Source: Candidatus Woesearchaeota archaeon
Lineage (GTDB): Archaea > Nanobdellota > Nanobdellia > Pacearchaeales > GW2011-AR1
Assembly (NCBI GenBank): GCA_964609265.1
Contig: CAZSQR010000002.1
Coordinates: 1-53,989 of the forward strand
Length of the DNA stretch: 53,989 bases
Direction: 5' to 3'
Shown: positions 1 to 7,854 of the stretch, in pieces
How the letters are laid out: every line of letters begins with the position of its first letter
Numbering within the stretch: the first letter of the stretch is position 1
The notes under the pieces: generated by a model
Databases searched by the model: none
Told to the model about the DNA's origin: nothing
The model's input: the letters and a program-made list of their open reading frames with translations, nothing else
Made by a program: the position numbers and the translations under genes

Positions 1-55
1 TGAACCCGGATCAACTGGTTGGAAGCCAGTAATTCTACCTTTAAACTACCAGCGC
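1..55 (-). tRNA. tRNA-Gly(UCC), 3' part cut by window edge
   Basis: The reverse complement reads GCGCTGG-TA-GTTT-AAAGGTA-GAAT-T-ACTGG-CTTCCAA-CCAGT-TGAT-CCGGGTTCA. That gives an acceptor 5' arm, a D arm, an anticodon arm with loop CTTCCAA (anticodon TCC), and the start of the T arm. Confidence 0.8.
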
Positions 56-168
56 ATATGACTGACTAATTTTAAAAGTTTTTAAAACCTTTCTCATACT
101 GCTCTTTTCTGTAAAAATTTGTATTAAAATTTTACATTTTTATCAGGACTAAAGCAAATAAATAGAAA

Positions 169-243
169 TGCCCGAGACAGGATTTGAACCTGCGACCTAA
201 AGGTTAGGAACCTTTCGCTCTATCCAGACTGAGCTACCCGGGC
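169..243 (-). tRNA. tRNA-Arg(CCU)
   Basis: The reverse complement folds as a 75-nt cloverleaf: GCCCGGG/CTCGGGC acceptor, anticodon arm AAAGG-TTCCTAA-CCTTT, T arm GCAGG-TTCAAAT-CCTGT, discriminator A. Confidence 0.9.
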
Positions 244-292
244 ATATACTAATGTTATAAATAATGTTTATAAATATTAATTTTGATATATA

Positions 293-931
293 ATGATGAA
301 GCATAAAAAGGAGCCTAAAAAACCAGGGAAAAAATTTGTAAAAATTCTTCTTGTATTTGTTTTGGTTGTTGCTGTAATTGGATTGGCTTCTTCTTTTGTT
401 TATCAAGCTCTAAATACCATAGATTACACTAAAACATACGAAGAAAGAATGGAAAAAGAAGAGATTATTAATCCTGTTGAGAAATACAGCCTGGTTTTTG
501 AAGAGATTGAAATTGAAGATATCTTAAACATGGGAGATTTTGAAGAGATGGCTAATCTTCTCCCAAATATAAGCCTTGAAGACATTGAAAAAGAATTTAT
601 TTATTATGCTGCTGTAAAATTAAAACTTTACAATCTCCAGGAAATTCCTTTTACATCAATAAGACCAGTAATCCAAATACAGATAGACGAAAGAAATTAT
701 TTTGTTGAGATTTCTGCAGGAGAGATTTTTGTTAAAAAAGGAATTGTTGAGAGTCCTGACATAAATCTAAAAATAAGCTATGAAGAATTATTTAAAATGG
801 CTGGAGATGAAGCGTATATTTCTGAATCTTTTGGGTCGGGGAAATCTGAAATTAAGATTGTTGCAAACAAGTTTATCTTATTCTCAAAAGGATATTTGAA
901 CCTGTATCAGGAATTAGAAAAATTATTTTAA
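293..931 (+). CDS. hypothetical membrane-anchored protein
   Basis: ATG-initiated 212-aa ORF. A basic N-terminus is followed by one hydrophobic helix (ILLVFVLVVAVIGLASSFVY) and an acidic soluble remainder. No family recognised. Confidence 0.6.
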   Translation: MMKHKKEPKKPGKKFVKILLVFVLVVAVIGLASSFVYQALNTIDYTKTYEERMEKEEIINPVEKYSLVFEEIEIEDILNMGDFEEMANLLPNISLEDIEKEFIYYAAVKLKLYNLQEIPFTSIRPVIQIQIDERNYFVEISAGEIFVKKGIVESPDINLKISYEELFKMAGDEAYISESFGSGKSEIKIVANKFILFSKGYLNLYQELEKLF

Positions 932-956
932 TTTTTTGAATCAGCATAATTTTTTA

Positions 957-1040
957 TGTGGGCGCTAGGATTCGAACCTAGGTAGGCACTAAGCCAAGTG
1001 GTCTTGAGCCACTCCCGTTTGACCGCTCCGGCACGCCCAC
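957..1040 (-). tRNA. tRNA-Leu(CAA), class II with long variable arm
   Basis: The reverse complement is 84 nt: GTGGGCG/CGCCCAC acceptor, anticodon arm AGTGG-CTCAAGA-CCACT, variable arm TGGCTTAGTGCC, T arm CTAGG-TTCGAAT-CCTAG. Confidence 0.9.
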
Positions 1041-1088
1041 TTAATCTTTCTTTAGCTTAAAATTAAGAGAAAATGACAATATAAAAAG

Positions 1089-1098
1089 ATTTATAAAA
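1089..1098 (+). promoter_or_regulatory. TATA box for the 5S rRNA gene
   Basis: ATTTATAAAA preceded by an A-rich BRE-like AAAAAG. It is centred about 25 nt upstream of the predicted 5S 5' end at 1119. Confidence 0.5.
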
Positions 1099-1118
1099 TG
1101 CTGGGATTTTGGATTTTT

Positions 1119-1231
1119 GAGACGGCCATAGTAGATTGGAAACACCTGTTCTCATTCCGAACACAGAAGTTAAGCTTTCTACGCCGCTTTGTTAGTATCT
1201 AACAAGATGCGAAGCAGTGGTGCTGTCTCGC
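1119..1231 (+). rRNA. rrf: 5S rRNA (stand-alone, not linked to 16S/23S in this window)
   Basis: Contains the 5S signature CACCTGTTCTCATTCCGAACACAGAAGTTAAGC. The terminal helix GAGACGGC / GCTGTCTC closes the molecule, and a T-tract (TTTATTTT) follows. The ends are approximate. Confidence 0.8.
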
Positions 1232-1278
1232 TTTATTTTAAAAGAGTCAATTAATTTATAAAATAAAATTCTTTAAGA

Positions 1279-1476
1279 TTAAGCTTTCTTGAATTTGCTT
1301 ATAAGTTCAATATAATCTTCCTGCCCGAGAAACATTGACCTGCAGCAGTATCTTTCCAAGCCAAGCTCATCAAGGACTTTATTTGGTTTTTCTCCTTCAG
1401 CCACTCTTTTTTTGAATTCTTCCCACAAATGACCTATTGGTTTTCCGCAGCTAAAGCATCTAACAGGAATTATCAT
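1279..1476 (-). CDS. rpoN: DNA-directed RNA polymerase subunit N (Rpb10 homolog)
   Basis: 65 aa. [15 protein letters not shown]...W..F plus the RYCCRSMF zinc-binding signature typical of RpoN. Confidence 0.9.
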   Translation of the reverse strand: MIIPVRCFSCGKPIGHLWEEFKKRVAEGEKPNKVLDELGLERYCCRSMFLGQEDYIELISKFKKA

Positions 1477-1607
1477 AGTATTATTGCTGAAGAATTGTTT
1501 TTAAAGGTTACGATAACTTATTCAGGATAATTTAAATATCTTAAAGTAAGAGCAAATCTTTAAAAACTCTGTAAAATATTGAGTAAATCAACAAAAGAGG
1601 AAATGAC

Positions 1608-1844
1608 ATGACTAAAAAGTGTATTTATTGCGGGGCAGAAATTTCTGATGAAAGTGTTGTTGATTTCTGTGAGAAATGCGGAAAGAGGGTTTGGGGTGAA
1701 AAAATGTTTAATGCGATAATCCAAAACATGGAAGAAGCAAGAAATAAAGGAGATTTGGTTTCAACAAACATGGCAGAAACTATCTCAAAATCCTTTTCAA
1801 ATCCTGTTAACGAAACAGAAGATGAGAAATTTCCCGCTTATTAA
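1608..1844 (+). CDS. small zinc-ribbon protein
   Basis: 78 aa with CxxC...CxxC (CIYCG...CEKCG). A GAGG Shine-Dalgarno-like motif lies upstream of the ATG. Confidence 0.6.
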   Translation: MTKKCIYCGAEISDESVVDFCEKCGKRVWGEKMFNAIIQNMEEARNKGDLVSTNMAETISKSFSNPVNETEDEKFPAY

Positions 1845-1952
1845 TTCCAAATAATTTCCAAATTATTTTTCTAAAAATTCAAAAATAAATTAAAAACAAT
1901 AAAAAATCTGGTTAAAGGATAGTTTTTTAAATTGAATAAATTTGGGTAAATC

Positions 1953-2219
1953 ATGGCTAGAAAGAAAAAAATAAGGGCAAAGGGAAGGCTGCAACTAAGC
2001 AGATATTTCCAGGAAATAGGAAAAGAAGATATGGTTGCAGTTGTAAAAGAGCCCTCTTTAAAGGCAGAATTTCCGAATAGGATACAAGGCAGAACCGGGA
2101 TAGTTGAAGGCAAAAGAGGCAAGTCTTACATCATTAAAATAAAAGACTTTAATAAGGAAAAAAGATTTATAATTAAGCCAATCCATTTAAAGAAAATATT
2201 AACACAACATAAAAAATGA
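1953..2219 (+). CDS. rpl21e: 50S ribosomal protein L21e
   Basis: 88 aa. The basic N-terminus and the RIQGRTGIVEGKRGKSYIIKI SH3-like core resemble L21e. It sits in the conserved context L21e-RpoF-DUF655. Confidence 0.85.
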   Translation: MARKKKIRAKGRLQLSRYFQEIGKEDMVAVVKEPSLKAEFPNRIQGRTGIVEGKRGKSYIIKIKDFNKEKRFIIKPIHLKKILTQHKK

Positions 2220-2521
2220 TAACAAATACAAAACCATTAAGCATGGCAGAAACTCTTGAATATACAGAAAGAGAAAAAGACAGCGGAGAAGAATTAAAGA
2301 AATTTGTGAAAAAATTTGTAAAAATTAAACCTGAAAAGGCAAAAGAATTAAGAAAGAAACTTGAAGCTCTTGATTTAATAAAGGTAAAACCAGAACACAT
2401 AGTAAAGATAATTGACCTTTTACCAGAAAATCAGGAAAATTTAAATAAGATTTTCAGTGATGTCAGCCTTGACGAAGATGAATCAAAAAAAATACTTCAG
2501 ACAATTGAAGAATCCAGATAA
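2216..2521 (+). CDS. rpoF: RNA polymerase subunit F (Rpb4 homolog), probable
   Basis: 101 aa helical protein. Its start overlaps the L21e stop (ATGA). Its position between rpl21e and DUF655 is the conserved archaeal arrangement. Confidence 0.65.
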   Translation: MITNTKPLSMAETLEYTEREKDSGEELKKFVKKFVKIKPEKAKELRKKLEALDLIKVKPEHIVKIIDLLPENQENLNKIFSDVSLDEDESKKILQTIEESR

Positions 2522-2526
2522 AGAAA

Positions 2527-3069
2527 ATGAGAAAAGACGAATACGCAATTATATTAGATTATCTACCAAACGGTTATCCGTTGGAGAGAAAAATGATTCC
2601 TGTAGCCCAGGCTATAGGAGAATTAACCCTTACTCTTTTGGAGTTAGTCCCTCGCAGAGGAATCTCTCTTGAAATTGGAGAAAAAGTTTATATCGGCGAT
2701 GGAAAGAGGGACAAAATTTATTATGTCCTTGGAAGATTACATCGTGAAAAACTAACAGAAGCAGGAAAGACCCAACTCCAGGAATTTATAAAAAAAATAG
2801 TAAAAGAAAGGGAAAAGGAATTCGTTGAATTTTTCAACAAAGCAGAAGCAATAAACAAGCGAGTTCACAGAATAGAAATGCTTCCAGGATTTGGAAAAAA
2901 GCACATGAAGGAAATACTTGAAGCAAGACAGGGAAAACCTTTTGAAAGTTTTGAGGAAATGAAAAAAAGAATACAAAATCTTCCTGATCCTGAAAAGGCT
3001 GTTGAAAAAAGGATGATACAGGAACTCTTGGATTTTGAAAGACACAATTTGTTTATAAATAAAAATTAA
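2527..3069 (+). CDS. DUF655-family RNA-binding protein (OB + helix-hairpin-helix)
   Basis: The N-terminal KDEYAIILDYLPNGYP motif and the C-terminal HRIEMLPGFGKKHMKEIL HhH are typical of archaeal DUF655. Confidence 0.75.
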   Translation: MRKDEYAIILDYLPNGYPLERKMIPVAQAIGELTLTLLELVPRRGISLEIGEKVYIGDGKRDKIYYVLGRLHREKLTEAGKTQLQEFIKKIVKEREKEFVEFFNKAEAINKRVHRIEMLPGFGKKHMKEILEARQGKPFESFEEMKKRIQNLPDPEKAVEKRMIQELLDFERHNLFINKN

Positions 3070-3070
3070 A

Positions 3071-3583
3071 ATGGCTCAAGAATCACAAAAGTCAATGCAG
3101 AAACAGGAAGAAGACAAACAAGCCGAGGAGAAGAGACAGGAAGAAAGAATGATTAGGATTCTTTCTCAGGATATAGAAGGAAGTATGAGGGTTTATCCAG
3201 GCTTGACAAAAATAAAAGGAGTTTCATGGAGTCTTTCAAATGCTGTTTGTAAAAAACTAAATATTGATAAAAACAGAAAAATGGGTTCCTTAACTTCTGA
3301 TGAAGTTAAAAAAATAACAGAATTCATAAAAACCCCGGCACTGCCGGGGTTTATTCTTAACAGGAGAAATGATTTTGAAACAGGGAAAAATAAACACCTA
3401 ACAGGAACAGACCTTGAGTTAAGAACAGATTTTGATATTAAAAGACTGAAAAAAATAAGAAGTTACAGAGGGATAAGACACGGTGCAGGACTTCCTGTCC
3501 GAGGACAAAAAACCAAAAGTCATTTCAGAAAGAACAGAGCAAAAAGTACAGGAATTAAAAAGAAAACTAAAAAACAAACTTAA
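3071..3583 (+). CDS. rps13: 30S ribosomal protein S13 (uS13)
   Basis: RILSQDIEG...LTKIKGV... core and a basic C-terminus. It is first in the conserved S13-S4-S11-RpoD order. Confidence 0.9.
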   Translation: MAQESQKSMQKQEEDKQAEEKRQEERMIRILSQDIEGSMRVYPGLTKIKGVSWSLSNAVCKKLNIDKNRKMGSLTSDEVKKITEFIKTPALPGFILNRRNDFETGKNKHLTGTDLELRTDFDIKRLKKIRSYRGIRHGAGLPVRGQKTKSHFRKNRAKSTGIKKKTKKQT

Positions 3584-3589
3584 AGAAAA

Positions 3590-4102
3590 ATGAAAAGGAA
3601 ACATAAAAAATACTCAAAACCAAAAAGACCATTTGAAAGAGAAAGAATTGAAGAAGAAGCCACTATCAAAGAGCAGTTTGGTCTAAAAAATAAAAAAGAG
3701 ATATGGAAAGCAGAAGCAAGAATTAATTCAATAAGAGAAAAAGCTAAAAAACTTATTTCTGCAAGTCCTGAAGAGCAGCAGGCTTTATTCAAAAAACTTA
3801 AAAAAATAGGGCTTGAAGTTAATTCAATCGGGGATGTGCTTTCTCTAACAAAAAAGGATTATTTGAATAGAAGATTACAAACCATCCTTGTTATAAAAAA
3901 GTTTGCAACAACTCCAAAAAACGCAAGACAGTTGATTGTCCATAAAAAGGTTTTAATAAATAACAGAGCTGTTAACAGCCCTTCATACATCATCCCAAAA
4001 GATCTTGAAGACAAAATAACTATAATTAAAAAAGGAAAAAGTGAAAGTGGGAGAAAACCCAAACAACATGAAATTCAAAATAAAGTCATAGGAGAAGTTT
4101 AA
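3590..4102 (+). CDS. rps4: 30S ribosomal protein S4 (uS4)
   Basis: KKYSKPKRPFERERIEEE N-terminus and an S4 RNA-binding domain (RRLQTILV...ARQLIVHKKVLINN). Confidence 0.9.
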   Translation: MKRKHKKYSKPKRPFERERIEEEATIKEQFGLKNKKEIWKAEARINSIREKAKKLISASPEEQQALFKKLKKIGLEVNSIGDVLSLTKKDYLNRRLQTILVIKKFATTPKNARQLIVHKKVLINNRAVNSPSYIIPKDLEDKITIIKKGKSESGRKPKQHEIQNKVIGEV

Positions 4103-4558
4103 ATGACAGAAAGATCAAAGCAAATACAAGAACCAGGAACAGAAAAGTCATCTGCTCATGAAAAAATCAAAAATAGAGAAAAGGAAAAAGCAGAGGCAGT
4201 TATAAATATTTATACCTCTTTTAACAATACAATTGTTCATGCCACAGACATGTCAGGAAGAACTCTCTCAAAAGTTTCAGGAGGAATGGTCACAAAACAC
4301 GGAAGGCTTAAAGCAAACCCTACTATCGCCATGTTTATTGCAAAAAGAATTTCAGAGGAACTCAAAGAAAAAGGGGTAGACGCACTTTATTTTAGAATAA
4401 GAGCCAAAACAAGAAATCCCGCACCAGGACCCGGAGCAAACGCAATAGTAAAAAGTTTATCAAGAGAAGGATTTAAGATACTTAATATTTTAGATACAAC
4501 AAGACATCCAAGAGGAGGGCCAAAAAAGAAAGGAGGAAGAAGAGGCAGGAGACCTTAA
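4103..4558 (+). CDS. rps11: 30S ribosomal protein S11 (uS11)
   Basis: INIYTSFNNTIVHATDMSG core and a C-terminal GGRRGRR tail. It carries an N-terminal extension of about 30 aa. Confidence 0.9.
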   Translation: MTERSKQIQEPGTEKSSAHEKIKNREKEKAEAVINIYTSFNNTIVHATDMSGRTLSKVSGGMVTKHGRLKANPTIAMFIAKRISEELKEKGVDALYFRIRAKTRNPAPGPGANAIVKSLSREGFKILNILDTTRHPRGGPKKKGGRRGRRP

Positions 4559-4567
4559 AAAAATAAA

Positions 4568-5287
4568 ATGAAAAAAATAGAGAAAGCAGAAAATCAGATT
4601 GTTTTTACAACAGAAATTTCTGAAACCATAGCAAATTCTATAAGGAGATATATTAGTCAGATACCTATTGTAGCGATTGATGAAGTGGAGATTTCAAAAA
4701 ATGATTCTGCGCTTTATGATGAGATAATTGCCCACAGACTCGGATTAATTCCCTTAAAATCAAAGAAGAGAGACGAAAAAAGGAAGGGAAAATTTAAGTT
4801 AGAAACAAAAAAAGAGGGGAGAGTTTATTCAGGAGATTTAAAGGGTGATTTTGAAATTGTCTATGAAGGGATTCCCATTACTCTTTTATTAAATAACCAA
4901 GAGATAAAACTTGTTGCGACAACAAAAACAGGAAAAGGAATTGAGAATGCAAAATTCTCTCCAGGATTGATGTTTTACAGGAATATTTCAGAGATAACTG
5001 TTAATAAAGATCTTTACGAAGAAATAAAAAAAGTTTGTTCTAATATCGAAATTGAAGAGAAAGGTAATAAAGTGGTTATAATTGATGCTGGAAAAAAAGA
5101 GATTGCTGATGTTTGTAAGGGGATAATCAACAAGGCAGGGAAAAAAGCAGAGATTGAAGAGAAAGATGAACTTGTTATAACTGTTGAGTCTTTTGGCCAA
5201 ATAAGTCCTGAGGAAGTTTTTTTAAGATCTATAGATGTTCTGAAAAAAGACCTTAAATCTCTGGCAAAAAGTGTTGGTAAAATTTAA
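4568..5287 (+). CDS. rpoD: RNA polymerase subunit D (Rpb3 homolog)
   Basis: Has the IANSIRRY...VAIDEVEI...[13 protein letters not shown] motifs of RpoD and holds the conserved position after S11. Confidence 0.85.
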   Translation: MKKIEKAENQIVFTTEISETIANSIRRYISQIPIVAIDEVEISKNDSALYDEIIAHRLGLIPLKSKKRDEKRKGKFKLETKKEGRVYSGDLKGDFEIVYEGIPITLLLNNQEIKLVATTKTGKGIENAKFSPGLMFYRNISEITVNKDLYEEIKKVCSNIEIEEKGNKVVIIDAGKKEIADVCKGIINKAGKKAEIEEKDELVITVESFGQISPEEVFLRSIDVLKKDLKSLAKSVGKI

Positions 5288-5344
5288 TTTAATTTTTATT
5301 GTAATCAATTAGCTTTTTATATATAAATAATTTCCATATTTTAT

Positions 5345-5428
5345 GCGGGAATGCCAGAGCGGTCAAATGGGAGTGGCTAAGGACCACTTGGCTTAGTGCC
5401 TGCGAAGGTTCGAATCCTTCTTCCCGCA
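5345..5428 (+). tRNA. tRNA-Leu with anticodon AAG (5379-5381), class II
   Basis: 84-nt cloverleaf: GCGGGAA/TTCCCGC acceptor, D stem CCA/TGG, anticodon arm AGTGG-CTAAGGA-CCACT, variable arm TGGCTTAGTGCC, T arm GAAGG-TTCGAAT-CCTTC. With U33 fixed, the anticodon reads A34-A35-G36. Confidence 0.85.
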
Positions 5429-5549
5429 TTCTATCAAAAAACTTTATAAATCACCTAAACTGACCTTTTACAAGGACAAAATAAACCGCGAGTTAATCGC
5501 GTTAGCGGGAAAAGTTTTCTGCTAATTCAATTTTAACGTCAGAATCAAC

Positions 5550-5933
5550 ATGAAATCAAAAACAAAGATAGGTAAACAGATTAAAAGAAAAACGAATCCT
5601 GGATTAGTTAAAACAATAAAAGCTACAAGAAAGAACGAATCCTGGAAAGAAGTTGCAGCCATTCTTTCTGGACCAAGAAGAAATTTTGTGGATTTGAATC
5701 TTGGGGAAATTGATAGCCGGGCAAAAGAAGGAGGGACAGTTGTTGTTCCTGGAAAAGTTCTTTCACAGGGTGAGATTACTAAAGAAATAAAAATTATTGC
5801 CTTAAATTTTTCTGAAAAAGCAAAAGAAAAATTGGAAAAAGACAAAATATATTATTCAGGGGTTATAGAAGAAATTGAAAAAAATCCCGAAGGGAAAAAT
5901 ATGAAGGTATTAAAAGGAAGTGCAGAAAAATAA
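5550..5933 (+). CDS. rpl18e: 50S ribosomal protein L18e
   Basis: TNPGLVKTI...WKEVAAILSGPRR...VVVPGKVL pattern of L18e. It holds the conserved position after rpoD/tRNA. Confidence 0.85.
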   Translation: MKSKTKIGKQIKRKTNPGLVKTIKATRKNESWKEVAAILSGPRRNFVDLNLGEIDSRAKEGGTVVVPGKVLSQGEITKEIKIIALNFSEKAKEKLEKDKIYYSGVIEEIEKNPEGKNMKVLKGSAEK

Positions 5934-5934
5934 A

Positions 5935-6336
5935 ATGAAAATAATAGACGGTAAAAACGCAATAATGGGAAGACTTGCAAGCTATGTAGCAAAAGAGGCT
6001 CTTAAAGGAGAAGAAATAATCATACTTAATTGTGATTATGTAATAATTACCGGAAGCAAAAAAAATGTGAAAGAGATTTTTGATAGGAAAAGAATGAGAG
6101 TAGGAAGCGGACAAAAAGGGCCAAAACATTCGAGACGTGCAGATTTAATTGTAAAAAGAGCTATAAGAGGAATGCTTCCAACCCACAGAAAAGGACGGGG
6201 CAAGGAAGCTTTAAAAAAAATAAAGTGCTGCCTCGGAGTTCCAAAAGAATTTGAGAATTCTAAAAAAATTGTTGCTGGCAAAACTAGAAAATCAAAATTT
6301 GTCAATATCAAAGAAATAACAAAAAATAGAAAATGA
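5935..6336 (+). CDS. rpl13: 50S ribosomal protein L13 (uL13)
   Basis: MKIIDGKNAIMGRLAS...AIRGMLP motifs. The track ORF starts at GTG 5920, overlapping L18e. ATG 5935 directly follows the L18e stop and is preferred. Confidence 0.85.
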   Translation: MKIIDGKNAIMGRLASYVAKEALKGEEIIILNCDYVIITGSKKNVKEIFDRKRMRVGSGQKGPKHSRRADLIVKRAIRGMLPTHRKGRGKEALKKIKCCLGVPKEFENSKKIVAGKTRKSKFVNIKEITKNRK

Positions 6337-6746
6337 ACACAAAAAATAGAAAAATAATCACTTCAGGAAAAAGGAAAAGTGCTGTTGCAAGAGCAGTAGT
6401 TACAGAAGGTTCTGGAAAAATAACAATAAACAAAAAACCTTATGAAAATCTTCAGAGATTTGATAGACTTAAGATAGAAGAGCCATTAAGAATAGCAAAA
6501 GATATTCTTGGAAAAATTAATTTCAACATCTCTGTAAATGTTCGTGGAGGTGGGAGCAAAAGCCAGATAGAAGCGGCAAGACTTGCCTTGGCAAGAGCAA
6601 TTGTTAATTTCACAAAAAATAAAGATCTTGAAAAAGCTTTTCTAACATATGATAAATTTCTTCTTGTAGCTGATGTTAGAAGGAAAGAAGCATATAAACC
6701 CGGAGACAGCAAGGCAAGAAGAAAAAGGCAAAAGAGCTTTAGGTAA
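6333..6746 (+). CDS. rps9: 30S ribosomal protein S9 (uS9)
   Basis: GKRKSAVARAVV...GGGSKSQIEAARLALARA... and a C-terminal ...KSFR. The start overlaps the L13 stop (ATGA). Confidence 0.9.
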   Translation: MNTKNRKIITSGKRKSAVARAVVTEGSGKITINKKPYENLQRFDRLKIEEPLRIAKDILGKINFNISVNVRGGGSKSQIEAARLALARAIVNFTKNKDLEKAFLTYDKFLLVADVRRKEAYKPGDSKARRKRQKSFR

Positions 6747-6791
6747 GTCTCACCTAATCCGCTTCTGAACTAATTAGAAAAAATATCTTTC

Positions 6792-7316
6792 TCATTTTAT
6801 TCCAAGTTTTTCAAACTTGTCCTGAACCTTGTTAAATAATGTTGCAGAAATAATCTGCTGGTGATTTCCAGGGTAAACCTGGTTATTAAATTTTATTTTT
6901 CCTATATAAGTAAAGTTTTTCAGGATTTTTTTAAGCCCGTTAACAGAAAAGTTATATTTTTCAGCAAGGTGTCTTAGACTGATGTTATTGTTCAAAAATT
7001 CCTCAAAAATCTCTTCAACTTCTTTGTAATTTTCTGAAGGGACAAGTTTTCCATCCCGGATTTTATATCCAAAAGGAGCTCTTGACATTAAGCTTCCTTT
7101 CACAGCTTTTTTTATCATTCCCTGTTTCTGTTTTTCTCTCCTCGGAACATAATTCCTTCTGAAAGTTTCAAGAATTCCCCCAGGAATTTTTTCTTTTACA
7201 TATTGTTGAAAAGCTTTCTCCTCATTAGGAGAAAAGTAATAACAAATTTCACAAAGAGCCAGGCCAAATTTTTTCTTGTTATTCTTGGATTCATAGCCGC
7301 ATTTTTCACATTTCAT
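6792..7316 (-). CDS. zinc-ribbon + 'recombinase' DNA-binding domain protein lacking a serine-recombinase catalytic domain
   Basis: N-terminal CEKCG...CEICY. It is followed by APFGYKIRDGKLVPSENYKEVEEIFEEF...ISLRHLAEKYN...LKNFTYIGKIKFNN...HQQIIS..LFNKVQ, which matches the recombinase domain of large serine recombinases. No resolvase catalytic region is present. Confidence 0.6.
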   Translation of the reverse strand: MKCEKCGYESKNNKKKFGLALCEICYYFSPNEEKAFQQYVKEKIPGGILETFRRNYVPRREKQKQGMIKKAVKGSLMSRAPFGYKIRDGKLVPSENYKEVEEIFEEFLNNNISLRHLAEKYNFSVNGLKKILKNFTYIGKIKFNNQVYPGNHQQIISATLFNKVQDKFEKLGIK

Positions 7317-7427
7317 ATTTTTGCAAAGACAGTTAACTTTATAAAATTGGTTTTTTTCCTAAAAAAAGAGGGACAGGCTTAGTCTTGTTCTAAATAAAAT
7401 AAATAAAGCAGAATGAAGGAGGCTTAA

Positions 7428-7781
7428 ATGAGTAAAAGAATTTATGCTGGAAACCTGCCTTGGAGCGTTACTAAAGCCAAACTTGAAGAGCTTTTTTCTC
7501 TTTATGGTGAGATTGAAGACGCGATTGTTATATCTGACAAGCACACAGGAAGATCCAGAGGATTTGGTTTTGTTACATACAAAAACGAACCTGATGCAGA
7601 CAAAGCTATAAAAGAAATGTCTGAAAAAGAAGTTGAAGGTAGAAATCTTGTTGTGAAAGAAGCAAGACCTCCACGAGATCAGGAAGAAAACCAGCCAGAA
7701 GAAAAAGAAGAGAAAGTAGAAAGCAAAGAGGACAAGCAGGTTAAGACAAAAGAAACAGAAAAGCCAGAGAAATCAGAATAA
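7428..7781 (+). CDS. RRM (RNP-1/RNP-2) RNA-binding protein with acidic/lysine-rich tail
   Basis: RNP-2 IYAGNL and RNP-1 RGFGFVTY at canonical spacing. A strong GGAGG Shine-Dalgarno lies 8 nt upstream of the ATG. Confidence 0.85.
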   Translation: MSKRIYAGNLPWSVTKAKLEELFSLYGEIEDAIVISDKHTGRSRGFGFVTYKNEPDADKAIKEMSEKEVEGRNLVVKEARPPRDQEENQPEEKEEKVESKEDKQVKTKETEKPEKSE

Positions 7782-7854
7782 ATTTCCAGATAAGTAGGAA
7801 CAAAAGACAGGAAGAAAAGTAAATAAATCCTAAAGCTTAATAATAGATAGGAAA

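Noticed and set aside
2457-2672. 71-aa plus-strand ORF spanning the rpoF/DUF655 junction
   Set aside because: It is out of frame with, and overlaps, two well-supported genes, and has no motifs.
5455-5549. GC-rich hairpin (CGCGA-GTTAA-TCGCG, about 5487-5501) in the leader of the L18e-L13-S9 unit; considered as an autoregulatory r-protein leader or small RNA
   Set aside because: It has only a 5-bp stem with competing alternative pairings and no recognisable K-turn or C/D box arrangement. The evidence is insufficient.
5522-5845. 107-aa minus-strand ORF, and similar antisense ORFs (for example 2173..2400, 2752..3045, 6036..6311, 6452..6712, 14747..15127, 22319..22597, 41412..41702, 51144..51479)
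   Set aside because: Each lies fully inside a motif-supported gene on the opposite strand (ribosomal proteins, PolD, ATPase, RPA). Their translations are low-complexity F/L/S-rich, as expected for shadow frames in AT-rich DNA.
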